A stretch of DNA of 64,000 nucleotides from Akkermansiaceae bacterium (GTDB taxonomy: Bacteria; Verrucomicrobiota; Verrucomicrobiia; Verrucomicrobiales; Akkermansiaceae), in assembly GCA_018402445.1 (NCBI GenBank), contig JAGYIT010000012.1, forward strand, positions 86,407 through 150,406. Direction: 5' to 3'. The notes beneath the pieces are model-generated. The model saw nothing but the letters and a program-made list of their open reading frames with translations. It searched no databases and had not been told where the DNA came from. Below, in pieces: positions 9,753 to 18,999 of the stretch. The position numbers and the translations under genes were made by a program. Positions within the stretch are counted from its first letter, which is position 1. Every line of letters begins with the position of its first letter.

Positions 9753-10298
9753 GTGTTTAAGAAAGTCATCGGCCAAGAACCCAGCGAGCCACAGAAGCCA
9801 TCGCTGACCACCCCTGAGGAGCGCGCTCCCCAAGCACCTGCCGCAGGATACAGGGAATCCGCGAGTTCCGGTTACGGAGCGCCCCCCAAGCCAGCCGCCG
9901 GAGCCACGCGCAACGTGCTTTCCTCCGATGTGGAGATCAAGGGGACGGTGAAATTCCAGCATGATCTGATCGTTGACGGCAAGATCGAGGGCGACATCCA
10001 ATCCACCGGAAACCTCACCGTCGGCGAGAACGCCCGCATCAAGGCGGAAATCAAAACTGGTACGATTATCATCTACGGAAAAGTCCACGGCAACATGATC
10101 GCCACAGACCGCGTGGAACTCAAGTCGAGCGCCGAGGTAATCGGCGACATCAAGGCCAAGACCCTGGTCATTGAGGGCGGCGCTATCTTCGTCGGCAAAT
10201 CTACTGTCGGCGCGCCTTCGCAGGCCGTCTCCGGGCCGGAAACAAAACCCGCGCAAGCGGCAGCCACCCCCACCCAGCCGGAGCTGGCAACGAATTGA
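9753..10298 (+). CDS. bactofilin (polymer-forming cytoskeletal protein)
   Basis: VEIKGTVKF..LIVDGKIEGDI...LTVGENARIKAEI beta-helix repeats. Confidence 0.9.
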   Translation: MFKKVIGQEPSEPQKPSLTTPEERAPQAPAAGYRESASSGYGAPPKPAAGATRNVLSSDVEIKGTVKFQHDLIVDGKIEGDIQSTGNLTVGENARIKAEIKTGTIIIYGKVHGNMIATDRVELKSSAEVIGDIKAKTLVIEGGAIFVGKSTVGAPSQAVSGPETKPAQAAATPTQPELATN

Positions 10299-10335
10299 GC
10301 AGCGAGCAGGTTTTTTCCAATAGGAGGTATCTGAG

Positions 10336-11169
10336 GTGACGGGAGCGGAAACGAATGGCAAGCGGATCGAGCTTGCCTGTCCGAAGTGCGAGCACCACCA
10401 GCTGGAGCCGGCCATGGTCATCTCGACCTTGTGCCGCTCTTGCGGTTTTCACATGGACATCAGGGACGGCAAACCCGTGATCCGTGCCGAGCACGCCACA
10501 AGGCTGGCCAGCCCCGGCAAGCCGCCCCTTCAGCATCCCTCGACGGGTGGCAGTGAATACGCGCCCAAGCTCGCGAAGAGGGAGGGTATCGGTTTTTTCC
10601 GGAGAATCTTCCAGGGCGAGCCCGAGAAGCGCCCCGTGAATTGCTTTCATTGTGGAAATGTTTTCGAGGTCGTGTGCGACGCCCAATCGAGCCAGTGCCC
10701 GAAGTGCGGCGGCTACATCAGCTTGCAGGACTACGAAGTGGATACGGACTGGAGGCGGCGTATCCAGACCCGCGGCGATGTCATGATTTTGAAAACCGGC
10801 TCCATTATCGGGGTCAGCGTGCAGTGCCATGATCTCACCGTTGCCGGGAAACTCGCGGCGTCGGTGGAGTGCTCCGGCACGCTGCGGATCCGGAGCCACG
10901 GCAAGATCGTCGGCAACGTGACCTGCCGCGAGCTGCGCGTGGAGCGCGGCGCGGTGGTTGAGTTCCAGGGCGAGGTTCATGCGGGTAGCACAACCATCGA
11001 TGGCAACGTGAAGGCGCAGCTCACCTGCACCGGCACGATCACCCTTGAGAAAAAAGCCCACCTGCAAGGACTTGCGCGAGCCGGGGCGCTCGTTGTGAAG
11101 GCGGGCGCGAAGCACACCGGCATGATGGAGGTCGTCAAAGCGCCATCCGATGCGGTCGAGGCCGTTTGA
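10336..11169 (+). CDS. zinc-ribbon + bactofilin domain protein
   Basis: CPKC/CRSC and CFHC/CPKC pairs followed by bactofilin repeats. Confidence 0.8.
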   Translation: MTGAETNGKRIELACPKCEHHQLEPAMVISTLCRSCGFHMDIRDGKPVIRAEHATRLASPGKPPLQHPSTGGSEYAPKLAKREGIGFFRRIFQGEPEKRPVNCFHCGNVFEVVCDAQSSQCPKCGGYISLQDYEVDTDWRRRIQTRGDVMILKTGSIIGVSVQCHDLTVAGKLAASVECSGTLRIRSHGKIVGNVTCRELRVERGAVVEFQGEVHAGSTTIDGNVKAQLTCTGTITLEKKAHLQGLARAGALVVKAGAKHTGMMEVVKAPSDAVEAV

Positions 11170-11207
11170 CGCTTGCATCTTCGTCGGCCACGGGGGAATT
11201 TTCCGCC

Positions 11208-12143
11208 ATGCATCTCGCCTTGGATCTGAAAGAGGAAATCTTGGAACTCAAGCGGGAGAGGAACGCGGTCATTCTTGCCCACAACTACCAGACCGGGGAT
11301 ATTCAGGACGTGGCGGACTATGTGGGAGATTCGCTCGGTCTCGCCTACCACGCGAAGGCCACCGACGCGGATGTGATCGTTTTCTGCGGGGTGCATTTCA
11401 TGGCGGAGACGGCGAAGATCGTGAACCCCACCAAGATCGTCGTGCTGCCCGACAAGGACGCAGGATGCTCGCTGGAGCAATCCTGCCCCGCAGACCAACT
11501 CGCCGCCTTTCTCGAAACGAACCGCGAGAAGAACTACTACGTCATCGCCTACATCAACTGCTCTGGCGGCGTGAAGGCGCTCTGCGACGTGATCTGCACC
11601 TCCGGCAACGCGGTGAAAATCGTGAACCTCGCGCCTGCCGACCGGCCCATCCTTTTCGTCCCGGACGCAAACCTCGGCGCATGGGTGATGGAGCAGACCG
11701 GGCGGAAAATGGATCTCTGGCAGGGCGCGTGTTATGTCCACGTCGAGTTTACCCGGGATTCGATCAACCGCATCAAGGCAGAATATCCCGACGCGCTGGT
11801 CGTCGCGCATCCGGAATGCACCCAGGCCGTGCGGCTGCTGGCGGACGAGGTGTGCTCCACCGAGAAAATGGTCACGTATTGCCAGAATGCGCCGGTGAAG
11901 GACATCATCGTCGTCACTGAGAGCGGGATGCTCCACCGCCTGCGCCGCGAGTGCCCGGACAAGAACCTGATCCCGGGGCCCACTGACCGCTGCGCCTGCG
12001 CCGACTGCCGCTACATGAAAATGAACACCATGGAGAAGCTGCGCAACTGCCTCCGCGACCTCGCGCCGCGCGTGGAGATGGACGAGGAAACCCGCAAGCG
12101 CGCCGAGCTGCCCCTGCTGCGGATGCTGGAGCAATCGAAATGA
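11208..12143 (+). CDS. nadA: quinolinate synthase
   Basis: ILAHNYQ, GDSLGL, FCGVHFMAETAK, AHPEC and CRYMK motifs. Confidence 0.97.
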   Translation: MHLALDLKEEILELKRERNAVILAHNYQTGDIQDVADYVGDSLGLAYHAKATDADVIVFCGVHFMAETAKIVNPTKIVVLPDKDAGCSLEQSCPADQLAAFLETNREKNYYVIAYINCSGGVKALCDVICTSGNAVKIVNLAPADRPILFVPDANLGAWVMEQTGRKMDLWQGACYVHVEFTRDSINRIKAEYPDALVVAHPECTQAVRLLADEVCSTEKMVTYCQNAPVKDIIVVTESGMLHRLRRECPDKNLIPGPTDRCACADCRYMKMNTMEKLRNCLRDLAPRVEMDEETRKRAELPLLRMLEQSK

Positions 12144-12271
12144 TTCCTTCGCCCGAAATTCCGATTGCCTTGAAAGCGCTGCAGTGGTAGGTAATTATGT
12201 TGTCCATTCCTGATATACCAAAAAACAAATTGACGACCTTACCTCATCCCATCTGAATCGTTCTAGGAATC

Positions 12272-12859
12272 ATGAAAACCCTATCAAAACCTTTTTCCCG
12301 CAAGGGCTTCACACTCATTGAGCTACTCGTCGTAATCGCGATCATCGCGGTTCTCGCGGCGGCGGGATTCTCCGTCGGACCCGCGATGATGAACAGAGCC
12401 AAGAAACTAAGCGCCCAGACCGGAGCTGCTTCCATCGCCACCGCTGTCGAGCAATTTTATACGGAGTATTCGGCGCTCCCCGACCCCACCGGAAACTCCT
12501 CTGCGGACGCCCTTTTCAACACGAACGAGGGCAACGGCGTCAAACTCCTTGAAATCCTCGCGGGCGTGGACGCCGGCGACCAGAACCCCCGCAAGATCCG
12601 TTTTCTTAGCGCCAAGGAAGCGAACAAAGGCAGGGACGGAATCGTTTACAGTGCTGATGGTAAATCGATCGAAAAAATGTATGACGCGTGGGCGCAACCG
12701 TTTTACGTTCGTCTCGATTACGATTACGATGAGCGTTTGATCGTCTCCCCGCAAGGTAGTTCCCCAGTAACTCTCAACGGCCGCAGAGTCGCCATTTACA
12801 GCCTCGGTGTGGCTAAGCCCTCCGAGGCCAGCGCGAAAACCCTCGTCAAGAGCTGGTGA
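12272..12859 (+). CDS. type II secretion/type IV pilin-like protein
   Basis: KGFTLIELLVVIAII prepilin N-methylation motif. Confidence 0.9.
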   Translation: MKTLSKPFSRKGFTLIELLVVIAIIAVLAAAGFSVGPAMMNRAKKLSAQTGAASIATAVEQFYTEYSALPDPTGNSSADALFNTNEGNGVKLLEILAGVDAGDQNPRKIRFLSAKEANKGRDGIVYSADGKSIEKMYDAWAQPFYVRLDYDYDERLIVSPQGSSPVTLNGRRVAIYSLGVAKPSEASAKTLVKSW

Positions 12860-12919
12860 TCCGCATGAATTCCTGAAAATCAGGTTTACTTAAGTAAATC
12901 TTTTCGGTATTTTTGTCGC

Positions 12920-13087
12920 ATGAAAGCACTACTGCTCATGGCGTTCGTATTTTCCCTCGCTTCCTGCAACACATCGATCGGTGTTTGGCGCGACACCAAG
13001 GCAAGCTACAACTGGACGAAGAACAAGATCCAAGAGTCGCAAGGTGGCGGTGGCCAGAATTACGAGTACGGCGCGCCGGTGTATTGA
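12920..13087 (+). CDS. small lipoprotein (55 aa)
   Basis: MKALLLMAFVFSLASCNTSIGVWRDTK...GAPVY*; lipobox LASC; below the ORF-track cutoff. Confidence 0.7.
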   Translation: MKALLLMAFVFSLASCNTSIGVWRDTKASYNWTKNKIQESQGGGGQNYEYGAPVY

Positions 13088-13092
13088 AATCC

Positions 13093-13911
13093 TCAGATCT
13101 CGATCTCGCCTTCGAAGACGAAATCCGCCGGGCCGGTGAGGGTGACTTTGGCGAAAGTATTCCCGCCCGTTTTCTCGAATCCGATGGACAGGGTATCGCC
13201 GCCCTCGACATCGACCTTGACGGGTGATTCCGCGCCGGTGAGGAGGTGGTGGATCAGGGCAGAGGCGACCATGCCGGTGCCGCAGGCGAGCGTCTCGTCC
13301 TCGACTCCGCGCTCGTAGGTGCGGATCGAGATGTGGCCTGGGGCGAGGACTTTCGCGAAGTTCACGTTCGTGCCGGCGGGCGCGAAATGGGGATGGTTGC
13401 GGATCGCACGGCCGTGGTTGAAAACGTCGGTATTTTCCAGATCCTCCACGAAGCTGACGGCGTGCGGGACTCCGGTGTTCATGGAATGAAGATCGCCCGC
13501 GAAGCCTTCGATGCTCACTGGGCAGCTCATTTCAAGATCTTTCGGCTCGGACATGGCGATACGGACGTCGTCGCCGATGATTTCCGCCGTCAGGATTCCG
13601 GCGATGGTCTCGAAGCTCACGCTGGAGGGAAGTTTTTCCTCTGCGGAAAGGTGGGCGGTGAAGAAGCCAAAGCAGCGCGCACCGTTGCCGCACATCTCCG
13701 CCTCGCCGCCGTCGGCATTGTAGTAGCGGAATTTGTAGTCCGCGCCTTTTTCCGCAGGCTCCACGGCGAGCAGACCGTCGGCCCCGATGCCGCGGTGGCG
13801 GTCGCAGAGCGCGGCGATGGTGTCCTCGTCGAGGGAGATGGAGAGATCGCGGTTGTCGATGACGATGAAGTCATTTCCCGCGCCGTTCATTTTGTAGAAG
13901 TGGAGAAGCAT
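13093..13911 (-). CDS. dapF: diaminopimelate epimerase
   Basis: KMNGAGNDF, EMCGNGARC and ERGVEDETLACGTG motifs. Confidence 0.97.
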   Translation of the reverse strand: MLLHFYKMNGAGNDFIVIDNRDLSISLDEDTIAALCDRHRGIGADGLLAVEPAEKGADYKFRYYNADGGEAEMCGNGARCFGFFTAHLSAEEKLPSSVSFETIAGILTAEIIGDDVRIAMSEPKDLEMSCPVSIEGFAGDLHSMNTGVPHAVSFVEDLENTDVFNHGRAIRNHPHFAPAGTNVNFAKVLAPGHISIRTYERGVEDETLACGTGMVASALIHHLLTGAESPVKVDVEGGDTLSIGFEKTGGNTFAKVTLTGPADFVFEGEIEI

Positions 13912-13931
13912 TTAAGTTTCAAATTTTAAAG

Positions 13932-14055
13932 TTCAACTCTCAAGGAAGAGTTTCTGTTCGGGACGGAGATTGCAGTGGGTGCGGTTGAAGGCAAGGCGGC
14001 TATTCGAGTTCGAGGGTGGCTAGCAGGCTTTCGATGCTCTTACTTGAAAGTTGAA
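13932..14055. repeat. inverted pair of an AT-rich heptamer-based repeat
   Basis: ttcaactctcaaggaagag (13932-13950) vs ctcttacttgaaagttgaa (14037-14055); (ttgaaag)n array. Confidence 0.65.
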
Positions 14056-14065
14056 AGTTGAAAGT

Positions 14066-14854
14066 TCAACGTATCGCGTCGATCAGCGGCTTGGTGAAAT
14101 CCCTGACCGCCTGCGCGGGATTCGCGAGGTTCAGCTCCACCTGTTTCACGATCGCGGAGCCGACGATCACGCCGTCGCAGGATTTCGCGACCATCGCCGC
14201 CTGCTCCGGGTTCGAGATGCCGAAGCCGACGCAGACCGGCACATCGGTGTGTGCCTTGATCGCGGCGACCTGCGCCGGGATGGTCTCCGCTGGAGCCGAG
14301 TGGCCGCCGGTCACGCCGCTGCGCGATAGGGCGTAGATGAAACCTTCCGCCTGCTGGGCGAGGAATTTCACCCGCTCCGGCGGTGTCGATGGCGCGATGA
14401 GCCGGATGTGGGAAAGACCGTGGTTCTCCGCGAGTTCGGCGGAAAGCTCCGCCTCGTCCGGCGGCAGGTCGAGCAGCAGCACCCCGTCTGCCCCGGCTTC
14501 CACCGCATCCTTCTGGAATTTCGCGAAGCCGTAGGTGAAGATCGGGTTCAGGTAGGTGAAAAGCACGAGTGGCGTTTTGTCGTTGGTCTGGCGGAAAGCA
14601 CGGATCAGCTCCAGCGTACGGGAGGTGGACATTCCCGCCTTTAGCGCGCGGTCGGCGGCCATCTGGTTCACGATCCCGTCCGCCAGCGGATCGGAAAACG
14701 GCAGCCCCAACTCGATGACATCCGCCCCGATCCCGGCCAGCGTATGCATCACCTCCAGCGAGAGATCGAAGGAAGGATCGCCCGCCGCCACATAGGCGAT
14801 GAAGGCTTTTCGGTGGTCGGCTTTGAGGGCGGCGAAGGTATCGGCGAGGCGCAT
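14066..14854 (-). CDS. trpA: tryptophan synthase alpha chain
   Basis: ELGLPFSDPLADG, SRSGVTG, VGFGIS and DGVIVGSAIV motifs. Confidence 0.97.
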   Translation of the reverse strand: MRLADTFAALKADHRKAFIAYVAAGDPSFDLSLEVMHTLAGIGADVIELGLPFSDPLADGIVNQMAADRALKAGMSTSRTLELIRAFRQTNDKTPLVLFTYLNPIFTYGFAKFQKDAVEAGADGVLLLDLPPDEAELSAELAENHGLSHIRLIAPSTPPERVKFLAQQAEGFIYALSRSGVTGGHSAPAETIPAQVAAIKAHTDVPVCVGFGISNPEQAAMVAKSCDGVIVGSAIVKQVELNLANPAQAVRDFTKPLIDAIR

Positions 14855-14935
14855 ATTCGGAAAGCTATGCCCCAATCCCCGGATGGGAAACCCTAATTCT
14901 AGGGAGCCGGCGAGCGAAATGCCTTGCGCGCCAAC

Positions 14936-16120
14936 CTACTCCGCCTTGTCCGGAGTCACCCAGCCGTCGGAGACGTATGCTTCGATCATGGCCTGGTTGT
15001 GCTTTTCGCCGTCCCCGGGGAAGCGGATTTTCAGCGTGACGGCGACGGATGCGCTCTGCTCGCCGGGGCGCAGGCGCTGGTCGAGCAGGGAATTGCGTTC
15101 CGCGTAGCCGTAGAGCGTGTGCTCGCCATCGGGCGAGACGAGGCGGTAGGAGCGCCATTTGCCCTCGTCGGCGAAGCCGAAGTTGTAGTAATCGACCCAC
15201 TTGAGCATGGCACGGACGAGAACGGGCTGTGTGGGCCGCGATTCGATAAGCTTGTCCCACGGCATATCCGACCAGCCGACCCAGCTTTCCCAATCGACTT
15301 TCAACCCTCCCTCCCCATCGATGAAGGCGAGTTGCTTTCTCTCGAAGTCGGGGGTGAGGACGCTAACGGCGGCAAAGGTGTCCTTGTAGCTGACACGCCC
15401 GGTGGCGTTGAATTTGGAGAGACCGATGGGTTTGATTTTCCCATCCGGATAATGGGCGAGGATGTGCGCCTTCACCCTCTCGCGATCCCTGACCAAGGGT
15501 AGGATCTGCTCGATATCCGTCGCCGTGAGGAAGGCTTCCGCGATGGGTTGTGCGAGCGCGAGGAACTCCGCCTCGCTGCGCTGCATGACCTTCGGCAGCT
15601 CGATGGGTTCCTCAAGTTCCTTGTCGGGCATCAGCAGCGGCACCTGCACGAGCTCATCGAAATCATCCGCTTTTTCGGCCTTGTCAGCGGTTTCCTCCGG
15701 TTCATCGCCTTTCACGAGGAAAAAGGCGACCCCGCAGGCCAAGGCGATGACGAGCGTCCATCCTGCGAGGGTCTGCAGGGTGCGCTTCCCCTTTTTCCGA
15801 CTCGCCCGCCATTTGCCGGCGCTGGCTTCCCAACCGGGCGTTTCTGCCTCTATCGCCTTTTTTTTGCGCTTGCTGCGGGTGCGTTTCTCGTCGCGCGGAT
15901 CGGGCGTATCTTCCTCAGCGAATTCGATTTTCTGGAGCGGTGCCATCAGCGGTGCGACTTCCTCGCCCTCGCTGGGTATCCTGAGCATCCGGCGGCACGA
16001 GGGGCAGACGATGCCCTCGCCATCGTGATCCCTAGGGATGCGGAAAACAAAGCGGCAGTCCGGGCAGACGAATGCAGTCCAACGCCTTGGCACGGTGGTT
16101 TGTTCTTCGCTTGCCGCCAT
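14936..16120 (-). CDS. hypothetical membrane protein with N-terminal zinc ribbon
   Basis: CPDC...CPSC, then one TM segment and a periplasmic domain; lies in the same-strand gene run. Confidence 0.7.
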   Translation of the reverse strand: MAASEEQTTVPRRWTAFVCPDCRFVFRIPRDHDGEGIVCPSCRRMLRIPSEGEEVAPLMAPLQKIEFAEEDTPDPRDEKRTRSKRKKKAIEAETPGWEASAGKWRASRKKGKRTLQTLAGWTLVIALACGVAFFLVKGDEPEETADKAEKADDFDELVQVPLLMPDKELEEPIELPKVMQRSEAEFLALAQPIAEAFLTATDIEQILPLVRDRERVKAHILAHYPDGKIKPIGLSKFNATGRVSYKDTFAAVSVLTPDFERKQLAFIDGEGGLKVDWESWVGWSDMPWDKLIESRPTQPVLVRAMLKWVDYYNFGFADEGKWRSYRLVSPDGEHTLYGYAERNSLLDQRLRPGEQSASVAVTLKIRFPGDGEKHNQAMIEAYVSDGWVTPDKAE

Positions 16121-16169
16121 GCAGCGAGTATGTCCCGGTCGTCTTGAGCAAAGCAAGCCTCGCCTCAAC

Positions 16170-17120
16170 TCAGCCGATGAAAAACCTGCCCGCACGTCTC
16201 CGCAAGCGCCGCCCGCCCGCCAAGTTCACGCTGGCGGGACTCGCCGGATCGAGCATCGCCGCGCAATTTGCCAGCAAGGAGCCGCTGATGTCGCGGATGC
16301 CCTGTGTTTTCAGGAAACCGGCGATGGCGTGGATTCGCAGCGCTGGTGGGAGTTCGCGCAACACACCGAGATGCAGCCGTCCCTGCGGATCGAGCACTTC
16401 CGCTTTCGCAAGCGCCCAATCCATCACTTCGCGGTGATCCCCGTCGGCTTCGGCGGATCGGGCGAGCAATGGCGCAATGTCTCGTTTCGCGATCTCCGCC
16501 AGCAGGGGCAGCGCCTCGTTGCGGATCCGATTGCGCGCCACGTCGTTGACACGGTTGCTCGCATCCTCTCGCCATTTCAGTTTCCGCTCCTCCATCCATG
16601 CTTGCAGCTCCGCTTTCCGGATGCCCAAAAGCGGGCGATGGATTTCCATCCGCATACCGCCCATTTCCAGCCCGGAAACCTCCCGCATCCCCCGGCAGCC
16701 ATGCGATCCGCGCATCAGATTCCAGAGCACCGTCTCCGCTTGTTCGTCAAGATTGTGCGCTTGAAGCAATCGTTTGCATCGATGGATTGAAGCGCAAGCT
16801 GCAAAGAAGCGATGTCTTGCGTTTCTGCCCGCCGTCTCAAGGGATTGCCCGCCGTCGGCCATTTCCTTGCGGAGTTGGATCTTCGCGATTTCCACGGAGA
16901 ACCCGAGTTTTTCGGCCGCGCGTTTCACGAAACGGGCGTCCGCCGCCGACTCACGCCCGCGCAAACCGTGATCGAGATGGCAGACCACCACATCGCGGAA
17001 ACTCGCCTCTTTGAGCAGGTGCATCAGCGCCATGGAATCCAGCCCGCCGGAAACCCCAATGAGCCAGCGCTTCCTGCGCGCGGCGGCGGGCGGCCACGGG
17101 ATGGGGAGGGGAGCGGTCAT
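16170..17120 (-). CDS. tilS: tRNA(Ile)-lysidine synthetase
   Basis: GVSGGLDS, HLDHGLRG, AHNLDEQAET, RPLL and RNRIR motifs. Confidence 0.93.
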   Translation of the reverse strand: MTAPLPIPWPPAAARRKRWLIGVSGGLDSMALMHLLKEASFRDVVVCHLDHGLRGRESAADARFVKRAAEKLGFSVEIAKIQLRKEMADGGQSLETAGRNARHRFFAACASIHRCKRLLQAHNLDEQAETVLWNLMRGSHGCRGMREVSGLEMGGMRMEIHRPLLGIRKAELQAWMEERKLKWREDASNRVNDVARNRIRNEALPLLAEIAKRDIAPLLARSAEADGDHREVMDWALAKAEVLDPQGRLHLGVLRELPPALRIHAIAGFLKTQGIRDISGSLLANCAAMLDPASPASVNLAGGRRLRRRAGRFFIG

Positions 17121-18904
17121 TTCCCGACCGGTGTTCCGTTTTCGAAATCCATTCGCTTCCCGGTAAGGGGGTGGATGAAGGAAAGTTTCCAAGCCTCCAG
17201 CTCCATCGCCGGATCGCCGACCTCCAGCGTCTGCTTGTCGCCCATTTTCCCGCCGGGCAGGTAGCAGGGATCGCCGACGACGGGCAGGCCCATTTCCCAG
17301 AGATGGACGCGGATCTGGTTTGTCCGCCCGCTGCCGAGCCGGGCTTCCAGCAGGGTGGTGCCGTCGGCGATGCGTTCGATCACACGGAAATCCGTCCGTG
17401 CCGACAAGCCGTCCTCATCGACTACTCTGGCGCCCGGGCCGGTGGGTTCCGCGGAAATCGCGCTTTCGCAGGTTTTCGCATCCCAATCCGGGGAGCCCTG
17501 GACGCGGGTGCGGTAGATTTTCTCCACCTTGCCTTCGAGAAACTGCCGTTGCAGCAGGTTGCAGAAACGCCGCGTCCGCGCGAACAGGACGAGGCCGCGG
17601 GTGTTCGCGTCGAGGCGGTGGACGGCGCGCAGGTATTTGGGCTGATAGACCTGGTTGAGGAGATGCTGGAGGGTGTTGCGGTGATAGCGGCCGCTCGCGT
17701 GCATGGGCAGCGGCGCGGGTTTTTCGATGGCCACCACGGCCTCATCGTCCCAGACGATGCGGATGCCCTTCGCTACCTCCGGCTCCACTTCCGGCGGAAA
17801 AATCTGCAAAATCCGTTCCCCGGCGCGGACGATGTGATCCATCCCGCGCGGCTTCCCGCCGTAGCTCACGAAGCGTCCTTCCGCGCCGCGCCGCACCCAT
17901 TCCTCGCGTGGGATTTGCGGAAACTGGTCCGCCAGCATATCGCCGAGCGTCCATCGGTCATACTTCGCCGGGACGTTCACCGGCCTGCGGTTTTCCAGCG
18001 GCACGGAGCCGGGCAAGACCGCACACACCGCGTCGATTTTTGCCTGCGCCGCCGCGATGCGCCCCGCCATTTTTTCCGGCTCGGACTTGAAACAAAACGG
18101 GCAGGTCTTGCCCTCCACGTAACGCGTGTCCTCCTGATCCTCGGCGTTGAGCGGCGCCTGGCAGGCGTAGCACACCGCCGTATCCGTCTCCTGTAACGCC
18201 GGATCTACGCCCACCCGCTGGTCGAACACGAAGCACTCGCCGTCGTAATGATCCCCGCCGCATTCCTCGAAGTATTTCAGGATGCCGCCGTCGAGCTGAT
18301 AGATGTTCCGGAAACCCTCCATTTCCATGAACGGCCCGGCTTTCTCGCAGCGGATGCCGCCAGTGCAGAACATTACGACGGTCTCGTCCTTCATCGCCGC
18401 GGGCAGTTCCCGCACCGCCTGGGGAAACTCGCGGAAGGTGCGGATGTCCGGCACCACCGCGCCCTTGAACGTCCCGAGCTTCACCTCGTAATCGTTACGC
18501 GTGTCGAGCAGCGTGACCTTGCGCCCCTCGTCGAGCCAGCGTTTCAGCTCCTTGGCGGAGAGCTTCGGCGAAGTCCGTTTTCCAGGCTCCACCCCCTCCA
18601 CGCCGAAGGAAATGATCTCCCGCTTGATCCTAACCAGCATACGCCGGAAAGGCTGATCCCCGCTATCGCTGACCTTCCCCTCGAAGTCCCCCAGCCCCGG
18701 GATCACCCGCAGCCGAGCCATCAACCGCGAAATCCCCTCCGCCGATCCGGCCACGAAAAGGTTGATCCCCTCCACGCTGAGCAGGATGGTCCCCTTGAGT
18801 CCCGCCTCCTTGCAAAGCGCCAGCAGTTCTTCCCGCAACCCTTTCAGGCCGGACAATTCCACAAAGCGGTAAGCCGCCAGATTTGTAACTCTCTCTCCAG
18901 TCAT
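17117..18904 (-). CDS. TrhO-like rhodanese tRNA hydroxylase fused to an RluA-family pseudouridine synthase
   Basis: LKGTILLS.EGIN, DTRNDYE and FCTGGIRCEKA, then S4-like region, HRLDANTRG and GRTNQIRVHL. Confidence 0.85.
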   Translation of the reverse strand: MTGERVTNLAAYRFVELSGLKGLREELLALCKEAGLKGTILLSVEGINLFVAGSAEGISRLMARLRVIPGLGDFEGKVSDSGDQPFRRMLVRIKREIISFGVEGVEPGKRTSPKLSAKELKRWLDEGRKVTLLDTRNDYEVKLGTFKGAVVPDIRTFREFPQAVRELPAAMKDETVVMFCTGGIRCEKAGPFMEMEGFRNIYQLDGGILKYFEECGGDHYDGECFVFDQRVGVDPALQETDTAVCYACQAPLNAEDQEDTRYVEGKTCPFCFKSEPEKMAGRIAAAQAKIDAVCAVLPGSVPLENRRPVNVPAKYDRWTLGDMLADQFPQIPREEWVRRGAEGRFVSYGGKPRGMDHIVRAGERILQIFPPEVEPEVAKGIRIVWDDEAVVAIEKPAPLPMHASGRYHRNTLQHLLNQVYQPKYLRAVHRLDANTRGLVLFARTRRFCNLLQRQFLEGKVEKIYRTRVQGSPDWDAKTCESAISAEPTGPGARVVDEDGLSARTDFRVIERIADGTTLLEARLGSGRTNQIRVHLWEMGLPVVGDPCYLPGGKMGDKQTLEVGDPAMELEAWKLSFIHPLTGKRMDFENGTPVGK

Positions 18905-18999
18905 CCCGTGACGGAAAAGCTGCCAAGCGTGGCGGCGGTTTGCAACCGCCCAGCCGAGAAAATGCATCGCGAAGGGTGAGCCGCAAATTCACGCGAAGG

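Noticed and set aside
8762-9811. 350-aa N-terminal extension of the 1504-aa dnaE ORF
   Set aside because: It is antisense to the real TPR gene 8891-9700; DnaE homology begins at MSDSFVHLHLH (8761).
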